The notes under the pieces were generated by a model. That model saw only the letters and a list, made by a program, of their open reading frames with translations. It made no database searches and was not told where the DNA came from. Shown in pieces: positions 28,569-39,373 of a stretch of DNA of 64,000 nucleotides. The DNA comes from Parvibaculaceae bacterium (GTDB lineage Bacteria; Pseudomonadota; Alphaproteobacteria; Parvibaculales; Parvibaculaceae), in contig CAMYLN010000007.1 in the NCBI GenBank assembly GCA_947259525.1, positions 58,417-122,416 of the forward strand, written 5' to 3'. The position numbers and the translations under genes were made by a program. The first letter of the stretch is position 1, and every line of letters begins with the position of its first letter.

Positions 28569-29547
28569 GCGGCGCCGGGGTCTCTGTCGCGGTGGAAGAT
28601 GCGTTTGCCACGGTGCCAGCCTCGGGACTGGTCTCATGTCTGGCGCGCGCATTGGTATCGCGGTGCACACGCAAGCGCTTGATACGACGCGGATCCGCAT
28701 CGCGAACCTCAAACTCGATACCGGCGGGGTGCATAATCAGTTCCCCCCGCTGCGGAATACGCCCGACCAGCTGGAAGACAAGCCCGCCGAGCGTATCGGC
28801 GTCGTCGTCGGTTTCAGGGTCAACCAGGGTCAGACCCAACATATCTTCAAGATCTTCAATCGGGGCACGGGCGAGTGCGTCAATGGACCCGTCCGCGCTT
28901 TCGATCAAGGGTGCGCGTTCCGCCACATCATGTTCGTCTTCAATGTCCCCGACAATCTCCTCGACCAGATCTTCGATGGAAACCAGACCATCGGTGCCAC
29001 CATATTCATCAACCACCAGCGCCATATGAATACGCGAAGACTGCATCTTGAGCAGAAGGTCACTTGCGGGCATGGAAGGCGGGACGAACAGGACAGGGCG
29101 GCGCACCGTGCGCAGGTCGAACGTTTCCCGGTCGTTGCGATGCGAGGTCATCCAACCCAATACATCCTTGATATGGACCATGCCAATCGGCTCATCCAGG
29201 TTTTCGCGATAGAGCGGCATGCGCGAATGGCTCTCCTCCTGCGTGAGCGCCAACACCGCGTCCAGCGATGCGGAAACATCGACCGCGACAATGTCCGCCC
29301 GCGGTACCATCACATCATCGACCCGCAATTCCGCGAACGAGAGAATATTCATAAACATATGACGGGCCTGCGGACCCAGATCTTCCAGCGCCGCCTCATG
29401 CCCGCCTAATGCGGTCTCAATGCTCTCCCGCAATGTCTGGTTTTCCTCGCCTCTGGACAGGAAACCCGTCAAGCGATGCACCAGGCGGGACCATAGACCG
29501 CCGTTTTTCTCCTGTTCCTTCACTTGTGAGCTTACCGCGTCGGTCAT
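28555..29547 (-). CDS. CBS/CorC-HlyC family protein (hemolysin-family, Mg/Co transport-associated)
   Basis: VDDVMVPRADIVA, HSRMPLY, ALVVDEYGGTDGLVSIEDLVEEIVGDIEDEHD. Confidence 0.93.
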   Translation of the reverse strand: MTDAVSSQVKEQEKNGGLWSRLVHRLTGFLSRGEENQTLRESIETALGGHEAALEDLGPQARHMFMNILSFAELRVDDVMVPRADIVAVDVSASLDAVLALTQEESHSRMPLYRENLDEPIGMVHIKDVLGWMTSHRNDRETFDLRTVRRPVLFVPPSMPASDLLLKMQSSRIHMALVVDEYGGTDGLVSIEDLVEEIVGDIEDEHDVAERAPLIESADGSIDALARAPIEDLEDMLGLTLVDPETDDDADTLGGLVFQLVGRIPQRGELIMHPAGIEFEVRDADPRRIKRLRVHRDTNARARHETSPEAGTVANASSTATETPAPHEKK

Positions 29548-30164
29548 TTCGTCTTATCCGTGCCTGTAGGCATGTCTTCCAGTTCGTGTTCTGCTGCGTA
29601 AGGATCCGCAATGTCAAAACGCGCCAATACAGCCCGCTCCATCGCCTCCATCTCTTCCGCTTCCTCTTCGCTTTCCTCGTGATCGTACCCCATCAGATGG
29701 AGGACGCCATGGGCCACGAGATGCGCCAGATGATTTTCAAATGTCTTATGCTGTTCATGCGCTTCGCGCACCAGCGTTTCATAAGCTAAAACTATATCAC
29801 CCAATGGCAAAACACTGCCAAACTGTGGGGCAGCCGGATCTGTGCTGTGGTTGGCTAAATTTTGGTTGGCCAAATTGTGGTCAACCGCATTCTGATAAAC
29901 CGCGGTTTGGGGAAAAGACAGAACATTGGTCGGCTTGTCCTGATGCCGGTATTTGCGGTTGAGGGTACGGACAAACTCATCATCCGCCAGCAGAATGCTC
30001 AACTCGGCCGCGCCAGCGCGTGCAGACGCACCCAGTTCATAGGTCATCTGTGCCACACGAAGCATGACCTCTTCAGCCGCAATATCCCACGCGCCGCCAC
30101 CCTTTGATATTTCCACCGCCAGATAACGCGCGCGCGCGTTGCCCGTTGTCCCATCCGTGCTCAC
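29544..30164 (-). CDS. ybeY: rRNA maturation endoribonuclease YbeY
   Basis: LNRKYRHQDKPTNVLSFP, LGDIVLA, HLVAHGVLHLMGYDH. Confidence 0.96.
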   Translation of the reverse strand: MSTDGTTGNARARYLAVEISKGGGAWDIAAEEVMLRVAQMTYELGASARAGAAELSILLADDEFVRTLNRKYRHQDKPTNVLSFPQTAVYQNAVDHNLANQNLANHSTDPAAPQFGSVLPLGDIVLAYETLVREAHEQHKTFENHLAHLVAHGVLHLMGYDHEESEEEAEEMEAMERAVLARFDIADPYAAEHELEDMPTGTDKTK

Positions 30165-31195
30165 GAGGATGGTTCCTCTTTTTTGGGCGCAACACGATCA
30201 AGCAACCCTTTTTCGCGCACCCCATAGGCCTGCACAATCCGGGTCACGAGCGGGTGACGCACGACATCCTTGTCGGTGAAGCGAATGGTCTGCACCCCGT
30301 TTACGCCTTCCAGCACACTCAGCGCATCGGCCAGACCGGACTTCGCACCCATCGGAAGATCGACCTGGCTGGGGTCACCGGTAATGGCCATACGACTGTT
30401 CTCCCCCAGGCGGGTCAGGAACATTTTCATCTGAACCGGGGTACAGTTTTGTGCCTCATCCAGAATGACAAATGAATTGGCGAGTGTCCGCCCTCGCATA
30501 AAAGCAAGAGGTGCCACTTCAATTTCGCCGCTTTCGATTGAGGCCATCACCTGTTCACCCGGCAATGTGTCGTACAGCGCGTCATAAAGCGGGCGCAGAT
30601 AAGGATCGATTTTCTCCCGCAGATCACCCGGCAGAAAGCCCAGCCGTTCCCCTGCTTCCACGGCGGGTCGCGACAGGATGATCCTGTCCACTTTCTTCTG
30701 GATCAGCATGGATACGGCGACCACGACGGACAAATAGGTTTTGCCGGTTCCGGCAGGGCCCACCCCAAATACAAGTTCATTATCCATCAGCGCTTCGATG
30801 TATGCGCCTTGTGTCGGTGAGCGGGGCGAGATGACACGCTTGCGCGTCGTGACCTGCAATTTCTTGTTTGCGCCCGACCCGCGCGCCTGTTCCCTCTTTG
30901 GCGCATTCGCCATGCGGACCGCTCCTTCCACTTCGGCTGCTGTCACTTCGAGCCCCGACTTCAATCGTGCATAAAGATCTTTGATAACAATCTCGGCGCG
31001 GGCACGCGCATCTGCTGTGCCGGTGACAACGAGTTCATTTCCGCGAGAATTGGCTGTCACGTCGAAAGCGCGCTCAAGCCTGGCCAGGTGGCTGCCATTG
31101 GAGCCGAACAATTCACTCAGCAGATGGTTGTCATCAAAGCCAATAATGAGGCTTGCAGGTTCCTCGTCACGACGTCCTCTGCTCGACTGAGTCAA
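30161..31195 (-). CDS. PhoH-like ATPase (YbeZ)
   Basis: [43 protein letters not shown]. Confidence 0.96.
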   Translation of the reverse strand: MTQSSRGRRDEEPASLIIGFDDNHLLSELFGSNGSHLARLERAFDVTANSRGNELVVTGTADARARAEIVIKDLYARLKSGLEVTAAEVEGAVRMANAPKREQARGSGANKKLQVTTRKRVISPRSPTQGAYIEALMDNELVFGVGPAGTGKTYLSVVVAVSMLIQKKVDRIILSRPAVEAGERLGFLPGDLREKIDPYLRPLYDALYDTLPGEQVMASIESGEIEVAPLAFMRGRTLANSFVILDEAQNCTPVQMKMFLTRLGENSRMAITGDPSQVDLPMGAKSGLADALSVLEGVNGVQTIRFTDKDVVRHPLVTRIVQAYGVREKGLLDRVAPKKEEPSS

Positions 31196-32757
31196 GAGTG
31201 GTGGGCTCCTTCTGATCGGGGCTGTTTCCCGTCAATGAGGACAGCCTCCAGTGAGTTGGCAAATCCGTTGATGACACGCACATCTGCAAAGGCCCCGAAA
31301 AGGGTCTCCGGCGCGGTCACATAGACCGATTGCAGATAGGGGCTTCGTCCCACCAATTGGCCATCGCGCTTACCGCGACGATCAAACAGGACGCGCATGG
31401 TTTCGCCTTCACATTTTTTGTTGAAACCCAATTGATGCGTGGCAATACGCGCCTGCAGACGCGCCAGGCGTTCGGTCTTTACGTCTTCCGGTACCTGTTC
31501 ACCGTTGCCGGCAGCGGGGGTGCCGGGGCGCGGCGAATATTTAAATGAATAGGCTTGCGCGTATCGTACTTCGTCCACAATGGCGAGTGTCGCTTCAAAG
31601 TCTTCTTCCGTCTCGCCGGGAAAGCCGACAATAAAGTCGGAAGACAGTGCGATATCGGGCCGGGCCTTGCGGATACGTTCAATCAGCTTGAGATAGGTTG
31701 CCGCATCATGCTGGCGGTTCATCGCATCGAGAATGCGGTCCGAGCCGGCCTGCACCGGCAGATGCAGATAAGGCATCAGCTTTTCAATATCGCGATGGGC
31801 CTCGATCAGTTCGTCATCCATGTCGCGGGGGTGACTGGTTGTGTAACGAAGCCGCTCCAGACCTTGAATATCCGCCAGTGCGTGCAACAGACGGCCCAGC
31901 GACCAGTCTTCACTGTCTGTACCCTGCCCATGATAGGCATTGACGTTCTGCCCCAAGAGGGTCATTTCGGCAACCCCTCCCTCAACCAGGGTCCGGGCTT
32001 CACTCAGCACGCGGGAAACGGGCCGGGAAAACTCGGAACCACGCGTGTAAGGCACTACGCAGAAGGCACAGAACTTGTCGCATCCTTCCTGTACAGTCAG
32101 GAAGGCTGTGCGCCCTCTGGCGATGGTTTTTTTCTTCTCTGCGGCCGGCAAGGCATCAAACTTGTCTTCAACGGGAAAGTCGGTTTCGACAATCCCTCTG
32201 GCACCGTTTGATGTGCGCGCCAAAAGCTCCGGCAGGCGATGATAGGATTGCGGGCCGAAAACCAGATCGACCACCGGCGCCCGCCGCACCATCTCTTCAC
32301 CTTCGGCCTGGGCAACACACCCGGCCACCCCGATAAGCAGTTTGCCGCCTGCCGCTTCTTTTTGGTCACGCAGTTTGCGCAGACGCCCGAGTTCTGAATA
32401 GACTTTTTCAGCGGCCTTTTCGCGAATGTGGCACGTGTTGAGAATGACGAGGTCAGCATCTGCCACCTCATCCGTTTCACTATAGCCTGCCGGCGCCAGA
32501 ACATCGGCCATACGACCGCTGTCATAGACGTTCATCTGGCACCCATAGGTTTTTATGAAAACTTTCCGGGATGTGTCATCGATCGTTGATGCAGCGCCGC
32601 TTTCGCGCATCGCCGACGGTCGCGCAGGTTCGCGAACCCCGGATTTGATATCCCGATGGCCGTCCTGACTTTTATTCTGGTCTCTGTCCAGGGTCTCACT
32701 CACTTGCTCAGCCACTGTTGGCGCTTTCAACTCCGTTTGGTTTGCCCCAAATGTCAT
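31192..32757 (-). CDS. miaB: tRNA-2-methylthio-N6-dimethylallyladenosine synthase (true start possibly downstream)
   Basis: [39 protein letters not shown] radical-SAM motif, TRAM domain. Confidence 0.97.
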   Translation of the reverse strand: MTFGANQTELKAPTVAEQVSETLDRDQNKSQDGHRDIKSGVREPARPSAMRESGAASTIDDTSRKVFIKTYGCQMNVYDSGRMADVLAPAGYSETDEVADADLVILNTCHIREKAAEKVYSELGRLRKLRDQKEAAGGKLLIGVAGCVAQAEGEEMVRRAPVVDLVFGPQSYHRLPELLARTSNGARGIVETDFPVEDKFDALPAAEKKKTIARGRTAFLTVQEGCDKFCAFCVVPYTRGSEFSRPVSRVLSEARTLVEGGVAEMTLLGQNVNAYHGQGTDSEDWSLGRLLHALADIQGLERLRYTTSHPRDMDDELIEAHRDIEKLMPYLHLPVQAGSDRILDAMNRQHDAATYLKLIERIRKARPDIALSSDFIVGFPGETEEDFEATLAIVDEVRYAQAYSFKYSPRPGTPAAGNGEQVPEDVKTERLARLQARIATHQLGFNKKCEGETMRVLFDRRGKRDGQLVGRSPYLQSVYVTAPETLFGAFADVRVINGFANSLEAVLIDGKQPRSEGAHHS

Positions 32758-32816
32758 TGCGGCTCATATAGAGCTATTGCGACAAGATTACCATGGGGGA
32801 CGCCATTCGCTCATAC

Positions 32817-33719
32817 CTATTCGGCGTTGAGAGAGGCTTTCTCGCCACCCGGCACCGATGGTGACCGGACGGGTGGTAAAACAGGTATTGCGACTGGATC
32901 AGGGGCTGTTTCCGCCAATTTAGGGGAAGAAACCTCCCCCAGCAGGGCGCGGGACACCCCTTCGGCGGAGCGGGCTTCACAATAGGCCGCCAGTTTTTTC
33001 CGGTCACCATGGTGGTCCAGCGTGACCGGTTCATGAAATTCCACCACCACGTCGAACGGCCCCAGGGTAAACGCCTCCCAGAGGTGCGGTCCCAGATCCA
33101 TATCACCATACCAGGCAAAATAGGGCCGGAACTGACGCCCCATGGGCATGCCGCAGAGCTTTGTATAGGTCACGGACAAGGGCTGAACAATAACGGGTTT
33201 TGCGTTTGCCCCCCCGCCGGCCGCCATTTGGGCGACCACCATAAGCGCACTCTTGAAAGGCAAAACCCGATTGCCGTCGCTTGATGTCCCCTCGGGAAAC
33301 AGGACCAGCGTATCCCCACCGGCAATGCGCTGATGGATCTCGTTGGCGGTATGGACTGCTTTGGTGCGCCGCTCCCGGTCTACAAAAACCGTCTGTTGCA
33401 AGCGGGCCAGTGTGCCGAAAAAAGGCCAGGCCGCGACTTCCTTCTTGGCGACGAAAGAAAGGCGCGGCTTGACCGAGCCCAAAACCGGAATGTCGAGATA
33501 GGAATTATGGTTTGACGCAAGAAGGCAGGCCCCTTCAAAGGGGGTGCCCCGTACAACCACTTTGATGCCAATGATCGCACAAAGATATTTGTGGAAACGG
33601 ATCGGCAGTTTTTTTGCGTAAGGCAGATTGAGTTTCAACCCTACCCACTGGATCGGGATAAGGAGCAATGCGCCCAGAACGAACGCTGCCAGTTTTGCCC
33701 CTGCCCGTACATTTTTCAC
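32817..33719 (-). CDS. olsA: Lysophospholipid acyltransferase, probable lyso-ornithine-lipid acyltransferase OlsA
   Basis: NHNSYLDI (HX4D), FVAKKEV, FPEGTSSDG, WYGDMDL; position upstream of miaB matches rhizobial olsA as I recall it. Confidence 0.8.
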   Translation of the reverse strand: MKNVRAGAKLAAFVLGALLLIPIQWVGLKLNLPYAKKLPIRFHKYLCAIIGIKVVVRGTPFEGACLLASNHNSYLDIPVLGSVKPRLSFVAKKEVAAWPFFGTLARLQQTVFVDRERRTKAVHTANEIHQRIAGGDTLVLFPEGTSSDGNRVLPFKSALMVVAQMAAGGGANAKPVIVQPLSVTYTKLCGMPMGRQFRPYFAWYGDMDLGPHLWEAFTLGPFDVVVEFHEPVTLDHHGDRKKLAAYCEARSAEGVSRALLGEVSSPKLAETAPDPVAIPVLPPVRSPSVPGGEKASLNAE

Positions 33720-33770
33720 CGGGGTTCGCCTTTCACCACGCGACGCCAGACCATGCTCATCCCTTTGTGA

Positions 33771-34250
33771 TTACTTGGTGCTGGGGGCTTTTTTGCTATC
33801 CACCAAAGGGACGCCATAAAGCTCCAAACGGTGATCCACCAGATTGAACCCGAGTTCCCGCGCAACGATTTTCTGCAGGCGTTCAATGTCATCATTGTGG
33901 AACTCGATCACTTCCCCGGTCTGGAGGTTGATCAAATGGTCATGATGTTCTTCCGTCACCTGCTCGTACCGGGAACGACCATCGCGGAAATCATGTCGCT
34001 CCAGAATGCCTGCTTCCTCAAACAGCCGTACCGTACGATAGACAGTTGCGATGGAGATCTTGTTGTCCACAGCCGACGACCGCCGATACACTTCTTCGAC
34101 ATCGGGATGATCCGCCGCCGTCGAGAGCACGCGTGCGATCACGCGACGCTGATCTGTCATCCGCATGCCCTTTTTGACACACAGATCTTCAATCCGATCC
34201 GGATTGGTATCAACAGGATTTACACGTTCTGTTTCGGTCATCACTTCCAT
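33771..34250 (-). CDS. fur: Fur/Mur family metal-uptake regulator
   Basis: RMTDQRRVIA, DHPDVEEVY, SIATVYRTV, EHHDHLI, DHRLELYG. Confidence 0.93.
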   Translation of the reverse strand: MEVMTETERVNPVDTNPDRIEDLCVKKGMRMTDQRRVIARVLSTAADHPDVEEVYRRSSAVDNKISIATVYRTVRLFEEAGILERHDFRDGRSRYEQVTEEHHDHLINLQTGEVIEFHNDDIERLQKIVARELGFNLVDHRLELYGVPLVDSKKAPSTK

Positions 34251-34346
34251 TCCAGACTTTGGCCGCCCACCTTCGGGAAATCAGTGTCACATTAAAGCAA
34301 TTCCAGCTTCTTCGGAACCGCCTGCCGCCTGTTTCGCCGCAAAATC

Positions 34347-34874
34347 TCAGGCAAAATCGCGCCGCATGGTGAGGCTGTCGACGAAGACCCCATTTGGCTT
34401 GCGGTAATAGGCTTTTCGCCGTCCCACCTGCTTATATCCCGCCTTTGCATAAAGGGCGAGTGCGGGTTGGTTGTCCGCAGCCACATCCAGCAAAAGGCCC
34501 GGCGCAGACGTCTTTTCCCGCACAAGGGCATGGAGCCTGTCCAATAACGCCATCCCCGTGCCACTGCCCCGGGCGGCCGGCAACACCCCGATACTCAATA
34601 TTTCCGCCTCGCCAGCCACAAACCGCGCCAGCAGAAAGCCTTCCGGTGCGTCCCGCTGCGTTGCAAGCAGGGCGATCAGGCCCGGCACGTCAAACATCGC
34701 CGCGATGGCTGCGGCTGACCACGGGTCCTCAAAACTCGCCGCGTGAAGCCCGGACAAGACCGCCGCATGGGTTTTATCAACCTGCTCGATACGAGATATC
34801 TTGCGCGTCTGTGCCCGGTTCATCGGCACGGGCTCACACGGGCCTGCGCAGAGGGTTGGTCTGCACTTTTGCAT
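34347..34874 (-). CDS. rimI: RimI-like GNAT acetyltransferase
   Basis: EAEILSIGV, ARGSGTG, LDVAADNQPALALY, GRRKAYY; sits between tsaB and fur. Confidence 0.85.
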   Translation of the reverse strand: MQKCRPTLCAGPCEPVPMNRAQTRKISRIEQVDKTHAAVLSGLHAASFEDPWSAAAIAAMFDVPGLIALLATQRDAPEGFLLARFVAGEAEILSIGVLPAARGSGTGMALLDRLHALVREKTSAPGLLLDVAADNQPALALYAKAGYKQVGRRKAYYRKPNGVFVDSLTMRRDFA

Positions 34875-35532
34875 CAGGTGCCCTCAGGTAAAGCGGGCTT
34901 GGCGGCAGCGCCTTGTCAGCCGCGCGCGCGCTGGCAATTGCGGCAACGCTTCTGGCATCCGGCAAAGGCGCAGCCCCGGCGCAGCGGACACGGGAGCCTG
35001 CATGGTCCTGCACAAGATGCGCCCCGGTCCCCACGGCCAGAAGCGGCGCACCGGACGCTGTGTCCAGGATGCCAGACAGATCATCAAGGGAAACAAGAGC
35101 GGGCGCCGTGACGGGCGAAAGGTCACTGCCAAACACTTGCAGATAAGCCTCGTTCCGACGAGCATCAAAACAGGCCGCAATCAACTCATGCGCCGCCGCT
35201 TCCTGCGCGGCCGGATGGGCAATCGCTTCGAGGCTGGTCACGCCCAGGCATGGCTTGTCCATCGCCACGGCAAAACCGCGCGCCGTGGCCAACCCCACAC
35301 GCAACCCGGTAAAGGTGCCTGGCCCCACAGTGACCGCAAAGGCATCCAGACGATCAAAGCTGAAATCCAGCTCGTCCCGCATTTCGTCCAACATCGGGAT
35401 CAGCGCTTCGGCATGCCCTTTGGGCATATCGCGATATCGATAGCCAGCAAGCGCACCGTCACGCCACAGCGCAACCGAACAGGCCGCCTGACTTGTATCG
35501 ATGGCAAGCAGGCAGGGGGCGGAATGGGTCAT
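34834..35532 (-). CDS. tsaB: tRNA threonylcarbamoyladenosine biosynthesis protein TsaB
   Basis: LAIDTS, GHAEALIP, VGPGTFTGLRVG, DARRNEAY, PLYLRAPDA. Confidence 0.95.
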   Translation of the reverse strand: MTHSAPCLLAIDTSQAACSVALWRDGALAGYRYRDMPKGHAEALIPMLDEMRDELDFSFDRLDAFAVTVGPGTFTGLRVGLATARGFAVAMDKPCLGVTSLEAIAHPAAQEAAAHELIAACFDARRNEAYLQVFGSDLSPVTAPALVSLDDLSGILDTASGAPLLAVGTGAHLVQDHAGSRVRCAGAAPLPDARSVAAIASARAADKALPPSPLYLRAPDAKVQTNPLRRPV

Positions 35533-35553
35533 GGGAAAGATATGCTTACCAGA

Positions 35554-36147
35554 TCACACGATCTGACATGCATCCTTGAAAGCCAGGCGCGGCGAGCGCT
35601 CAAACAGGTCACGGGTCGCATCACCATAGCCGATTGAGCAGATGAAATTTGACTTCACGCTGGTACCTGTAAAGAACAGCTCGTTGACGGCGTTCTGGTC
35701 AAAGCCGGACATGGGGCCACAATCAAGGCCGAGCGATCGTGCAGCGATCATGAAGTATGCACCCTGCAGGGTTGAATTGCGGAACGCGGTTTCCTGGATC
35801 AGCGGGTCATTGCCTGCAAACCAGTTCCGCGCGTCGGGATTGTGGGGGAAGAGCTCCGGAATCTTTTCATAGAATTCCAGATCATATCCGATGATCGCGG
35901 TCACCGGCGCTTCTTTCACCTTCGGCTGATTGCCGGGCATAAGAGCGGGAAGAAGTTTTTCCTTTGCCGCATCCGATGTCACAAACACGATCCGCGCCGG
36001 TGAACAATTGGCACTTGTCGGGCCAAACTTCATCAGATCATAGAGCGCGCTCAACGTTGTCTCCGACACAGGCTCGGGCTTCCACGCATTGAAGGTGCGT
36101 GCTGTTCTGAAAATTGTGTCGAGGCTCTTGTCGTCGAGCTTTGTCAT
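35554..36147 (-). CDS. Nitroreductase family, RutE/malonic-semialdehyde-reductase-like
   Basis: [47 protein letters not shown]. Confidence 0.9.
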   Translation of the reverse strand: MTKLDDKSLDTIFRTARTFNAWKPEPVSETTLSALYDLMKFGPTSANCSPARIVFVTSDAAKEKLLPALMPGNQPKVKEAPVTAIIGYDLEFYEKIPELFPHNPDARNWFAGNDPLIQETAFRNSTLQGAYFMIAARSLGLDCGPMSGFDQNAVNELFFTGTSVKSNFICSIGYGDATRDLFERSPRLAFKDACQIV

Positions 36148-36199
36148 GTTCGTTCCTTGATCGTTTACAAAGTGGGCAGGGCAGATCAGCTTGGCGATG

Positions 36200-36757
36200 T
36201 CAGACCGCGCGAACTTCTTCGATCTCGGGCACAAAGTGTTTCAGCATCTTTTCAACGCCCTGTTTCAATGTCTGGGTTGAGGCGGGGCAGCCTGCGCAGG
36301 CACCCACCATGTTGAGGTACACAATGCCCTGATCGAACCCGTGAAAGGTAATGTCGCCGCCATCCTGTGCGACGACGGGGCGCACGCGTGTGTCGAGCAG
36401 ATCCTTGATCTGCGCCACAATCTCTTCGTCCTCCGCCGCTACAGCCGGGCCAGCCTCGCCGCCGCCGTCCTGCGCGTTCAGGATCGGCGCACCCGATGTG
36501 AAGTGCTGCATGATCGCTCCCAACAGGGCCGGTTTGATATGCTGCCATTCAACATCACCTTTGGTGATGGTGATAAAATCTGCCCCGAAAAAGACCCCCG
36601 TCACCCCGTCTACATCGAACAGTGCGCGCGCCAGCGGGGAGCGGTTGGCCGCTTCATCGTTCGGGAAATCTGCCGCGTGGCCTTCACCCAGCACATCTTT
36701 TCCCGGCAAAAATTTGAGCGTGGCGGGATTGGGGGTCGATTCTGTCTGAATGAACAT
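36200..36757 (-). CDS. nfuA: NifU/NfuA Fe-S cluster carrier
   Basis: [36 protein letters not shown]. Confidence 0.93.
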   Translation of the reverse strand: MFIQTESTPNPATLKFLPGKDVLGEGHAADFPNDEAANRSPLARALFDVDGVTGVFFGADFITITKGDVEWQHIKPALLGAIMQHFTSGAPILNAQDGGGEAGPAVAAEDEEIVAQIKDLLDTRVRPVVAQDGGDITFHGFDQGIVYLNMVGACAGCPASTQTLKQGVEKMLKHFVPEIEEVRAV

Positions 36758-36862
36758 GGGACACCTTCCTCGTGTGTCTGAATTGAGGGTGGAGGGCCGC
36801 CGTTCGGCACAAAACATTGCGGGCCGTCCATCCCTTAAATGGCGGATTTTGCACGTGTTTTC

Positions 36863-36887
36863 AAGTCCGACTAAAAAGGTAGGGTTT
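36863..36887. promoter_or_regulatory. IscR(Rrf2)-type-1-like box upstream of nfuA
   Basis: AAGTCCGACTAAAAAGGTAGGGTTT matches 18/25 positions of ATASYYGACTRWWWYAGTCRRSTAT by hand count. Confidence 0.5.
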
Positions 36888-36937
36888 GCGACGCATTGCC
36901 TCGCACTCGCTAACCGGTCTTACATCCCGTATTTTGC

Positions 36938-36970
36938 GCGATACGTCCGCAATACGTCTGCAATACTGGG
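36938..36970. repeat. Three tandem 11-bp direct repeats (GCrATACGTCy)
   Basis: GCGATACGTCC / GCAATACGTCT / GCAATACTGGG. Confidence 0.6.
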
Positions 36971-37016
36971 GGTTTTACGGGGGTGTTAATGCCTGACGGT
37001 CACGCCCGGGCCTACG

Positions 37017-37526
37017 TCAAGGGTGACGGTCCGGCTCGATACCTGATGTTTCGAGCCGGTATTTCAGAAAACTTGCCCCGCCATAAGAGGTTTCACCAAC
37101 GCATTGCGCACCTATGCGCGCCAGGGCACCGAGGTTTTTGCGCGACGGAGGCAACAGACAGGTGACATGCGGGATACGCACATCTGCCCGCGCGAAATCG
37201 AGCGCCTTGGCAGTCACCCTCAGACCCAGGCCAAAACAATCCGGCTTGAGAACCAGACCATAGTCCCAGTCATCACCTTCTTTTTGAAAACCACCCCAAC
37301 CGATATATTGCCCGTCGTGCAGGATGGCCCAATGGCCGAGCCCGTCGCGAGACCAGTTTTCCTCCTTGGCGGCAATGAAATCTGACACGCGCGCCAGATC
37401 CCACCGTCCCTTGAGCAGGGGCATATGGTCACGCAAGCGCGGATGAGACATGTGGGCTGCAATGTCTTCCGGCGCCACATCCTTAAGCCTTACAAAAGCC
37501 AGATCGCAATTTTTCGAGGTCGGCAT
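37017..37526 (-). CDS. GNAT (RimJ/RimL-like) N-acetyltransferase
   Basis: GLGHWAILHDGQYIGWGG, DYGLVL..DCFGLG; start at ATG 37526 inferred. Confidence 0.75.
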   Translation of the reverse strand: MPTSKNCDLAFVRLKDVAPEDIAAHMSHPRLRDHMPLLKGRWDLARVSDFIAAKEENWSRDGLGHWAILHDGQYIGWGGFQKEGDDWDYGLVLKPDCFGLGLRVTAKALDFARADVRIPHVTCLLPPSRKNLGALARIGAQCVGETSYGGASFLKYRLETSGIEPDRHP

Positions 37527-37666
37527 GTTACTTGTCTTGGTGAATTGTTGCGCGCCCGACGGGCCAGTGGCCGCCGCATACACCCCGTTTCGCGCCTGCA
37601 TCAAGTGACTTGCACTCATATGCCTTCACGTTCACGTGTGGCGCGATTCCGCTCTCTCCATCAGCG

Positions 37667-38185
37667 TCACGCCAGGTCGTGCAACTCATCATCGGTGAGT
37701 GAACCCGGCACAACGGTTACGGGGATCGGGAAGCCCGATGCGGCACCGCCGGCCACCAATTGCACCAAGGGGCCAGGCCCCTCCTTACCCGTGCCCGCCG
37801 CCAGCACAAGAATGGAAATCGCCCGGTCTTCCTTGATCAGTGCCTTGATCGTGTCGGCCTTCTTGCCTTCGCGGATTTCAAGCTCAGGAAACGTTCCCGC
37901 AATTTCGTTTACCCGCGCGGCATGCTGGTGCAGCACCTTTTCGGCTTCGGCGCGGGCCTCCTCCTTCATCAGGTTTTCAACACCCAGCCAATGTTCAAAG
38001 CCACCCGGTTCCAGCACGGCGAGCAAGACCACACCGCCCTTGGTGTGTTTTGCACGTCGGCTCGCAAAATGGATAGCCACTTCACATTCCGGGGTTTCGT
38101 CAACAACCACGAGAAGTTTGCGCCGTTTGATCGGCGTGATCTCGGACTGTGTTGCAGGCTGTGCATTAGATGCGTGTTCTGTCAT
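37667..38185 (-). CDS. Universal stress protein
   Basis: RKLLVVVDETPEC, AISILVLAAG, GPGPLV, IPVTVVPG. Confidence 0.9.
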   Translation of the reverse strand: MTEHASNAQPATQSEITPIKRRKLLVVVDETPECEVAIHFASRRAKHTKGGVVLLAVLEPGGFEHWLGVENLMKEEARAEAEKVLHQHAARVNEIAGTFPELEIREGKKADTIKALIKEDRAISILVLAAGTGKEGPGPLVQLVAGGAASGFPIPVTVVPGSLTDDELHDLA

Positions 38186-38236
38186 GCACCCATGCTGCCC
38201 GGTTTCACCGCTTTCGTCTATGTGGAAAACGCGTCT

Positions 38237-39289
38237 CTATTTCAGCAATATATTTGTAATTTCGCGCAGCTGGGTGCGGGCACGAAGCAGATAAAAGCCC
38301 TGCGCTGCCAAATGGTTAGGCAGAAACTGGCCATCGGGCGTGCCGTTGACGACGACAAGCGGATCCAGCATGGCGGCTTTCAACAGACTGTCTTGCATCT
38401 GGTCCCAGGCCCCGGTCAGCCCGCGCTCCGCAATCAACGTCTCGAAATCTTTACCGAGCGCGCCCAGGAGCATGTAATAGGCGTAAAGCTGCCCCTTCAC
38501 ATTGTAGAAATTATCATCAGCGGTGGGGTCGATCAGGCGACCGGAATTCTCCACGACCGAGCCGACCAGAACCGCCGATGACGAGCCCAGATCAAGCGCG
38601 ATCCGGTCGAGCGTTGCCATGAGATTATCGCCGCGACGCTCAAAGACAGCCTCACCCGACGCGAGGCGTGTATTGTATTTCAGAAGCGCATCGCGCGCGG
38701 CGCGGTATTGCGCTTCGGACGATGCCCGGGGCATGAGAGAGACTTTCGGATCCCAGATCCAGACATCCCCTGCATATTGCAGCAGGCCTGAGGCCGATTG
38801 CAGATCCGGGTCCGCCTGGCTGGAACCGCGCGTGCGGCCCAGTTGATCTGTCATCTCAAACGAGAAGCGCGCCAGTGCGGAAATAATGCCCTGCTGATAG
38901 TTGGGCATATTGTCCAAAAAGGCGGAGGGGACAAACCAGGGGTCATTGGCTGTCCACCGCTTGTCCTCCACCTCGCGCTCAATAAGTGCGGCCGTCATGG
39001 CCACAACGTGCGAACCGCCAGGCTGATTAAACTCGGCCGCGGGCCGGAAATCCGGATCATCATCAATGGAATGAATAATCCAACCGCCGATAAAATAGTA
39101 GAAAACAAGGAAAACGAAAAAGCCAAGCAGGCCCTTGCGCGCACGACTGCCTGAGATTTTGCCCCGCAAGGCTCCAAGCTTCGGGAGGCCCGGCATACTC
39201 ATGCCAGCGCCCGTGCCACTCCCCTTCCGGTACATCCAGCGATGACGTTGACGGTCATACCAGCCGGTCAGCCTGTCGAAGAGGGCCAT
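38237..39289 (-). CDS. DUF2333 family membrane-anchored protein
   Basis: Single TM helix, NDPWFVPSAFLDNMPNYQQG, DDNFYNVKGQLYA, HLAAQGFYLLRA. Confidence 0.8.
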   Translation of the reverse strand: MALFDRLTGWYDRQRHRWMYRKGSGTGAGMSMPGLPKLGALRGKISGSRARKGLLGFFVFLVFYYFIGGWIIHSIDDDPDFRPAAEFNQPGGSHVVAMTAALIEREVEDKRWTANDPWFVPSAFLDNMPNYQQGIISALARFSFEMTDQLGRTRGSSQADPDLQSASGLLQYAGDVWIWDPKVSLMPRASSEAQYRAARDALLKYNTRLASGEAVFERRGDNLMATLDRIALDLGSSSAVLVGSVVENSGRLIDPTADDNFYNVKGQLYAYYMLLGALGKDFETLIAERGLTGAWDQMQDSLLKAAMLDPLVVVNGTPDGQFLPNHLAAQGFYLLRARTQLREITNILLK

Positions 39290-39373
39290 GCATTTTCCTT
39301 TTTATTTAACAAATGCTCCGAGTGAAATGTGGGCACTCTTCCCACCAGATTCAAGCGGGGATAAGTCCCGGCC

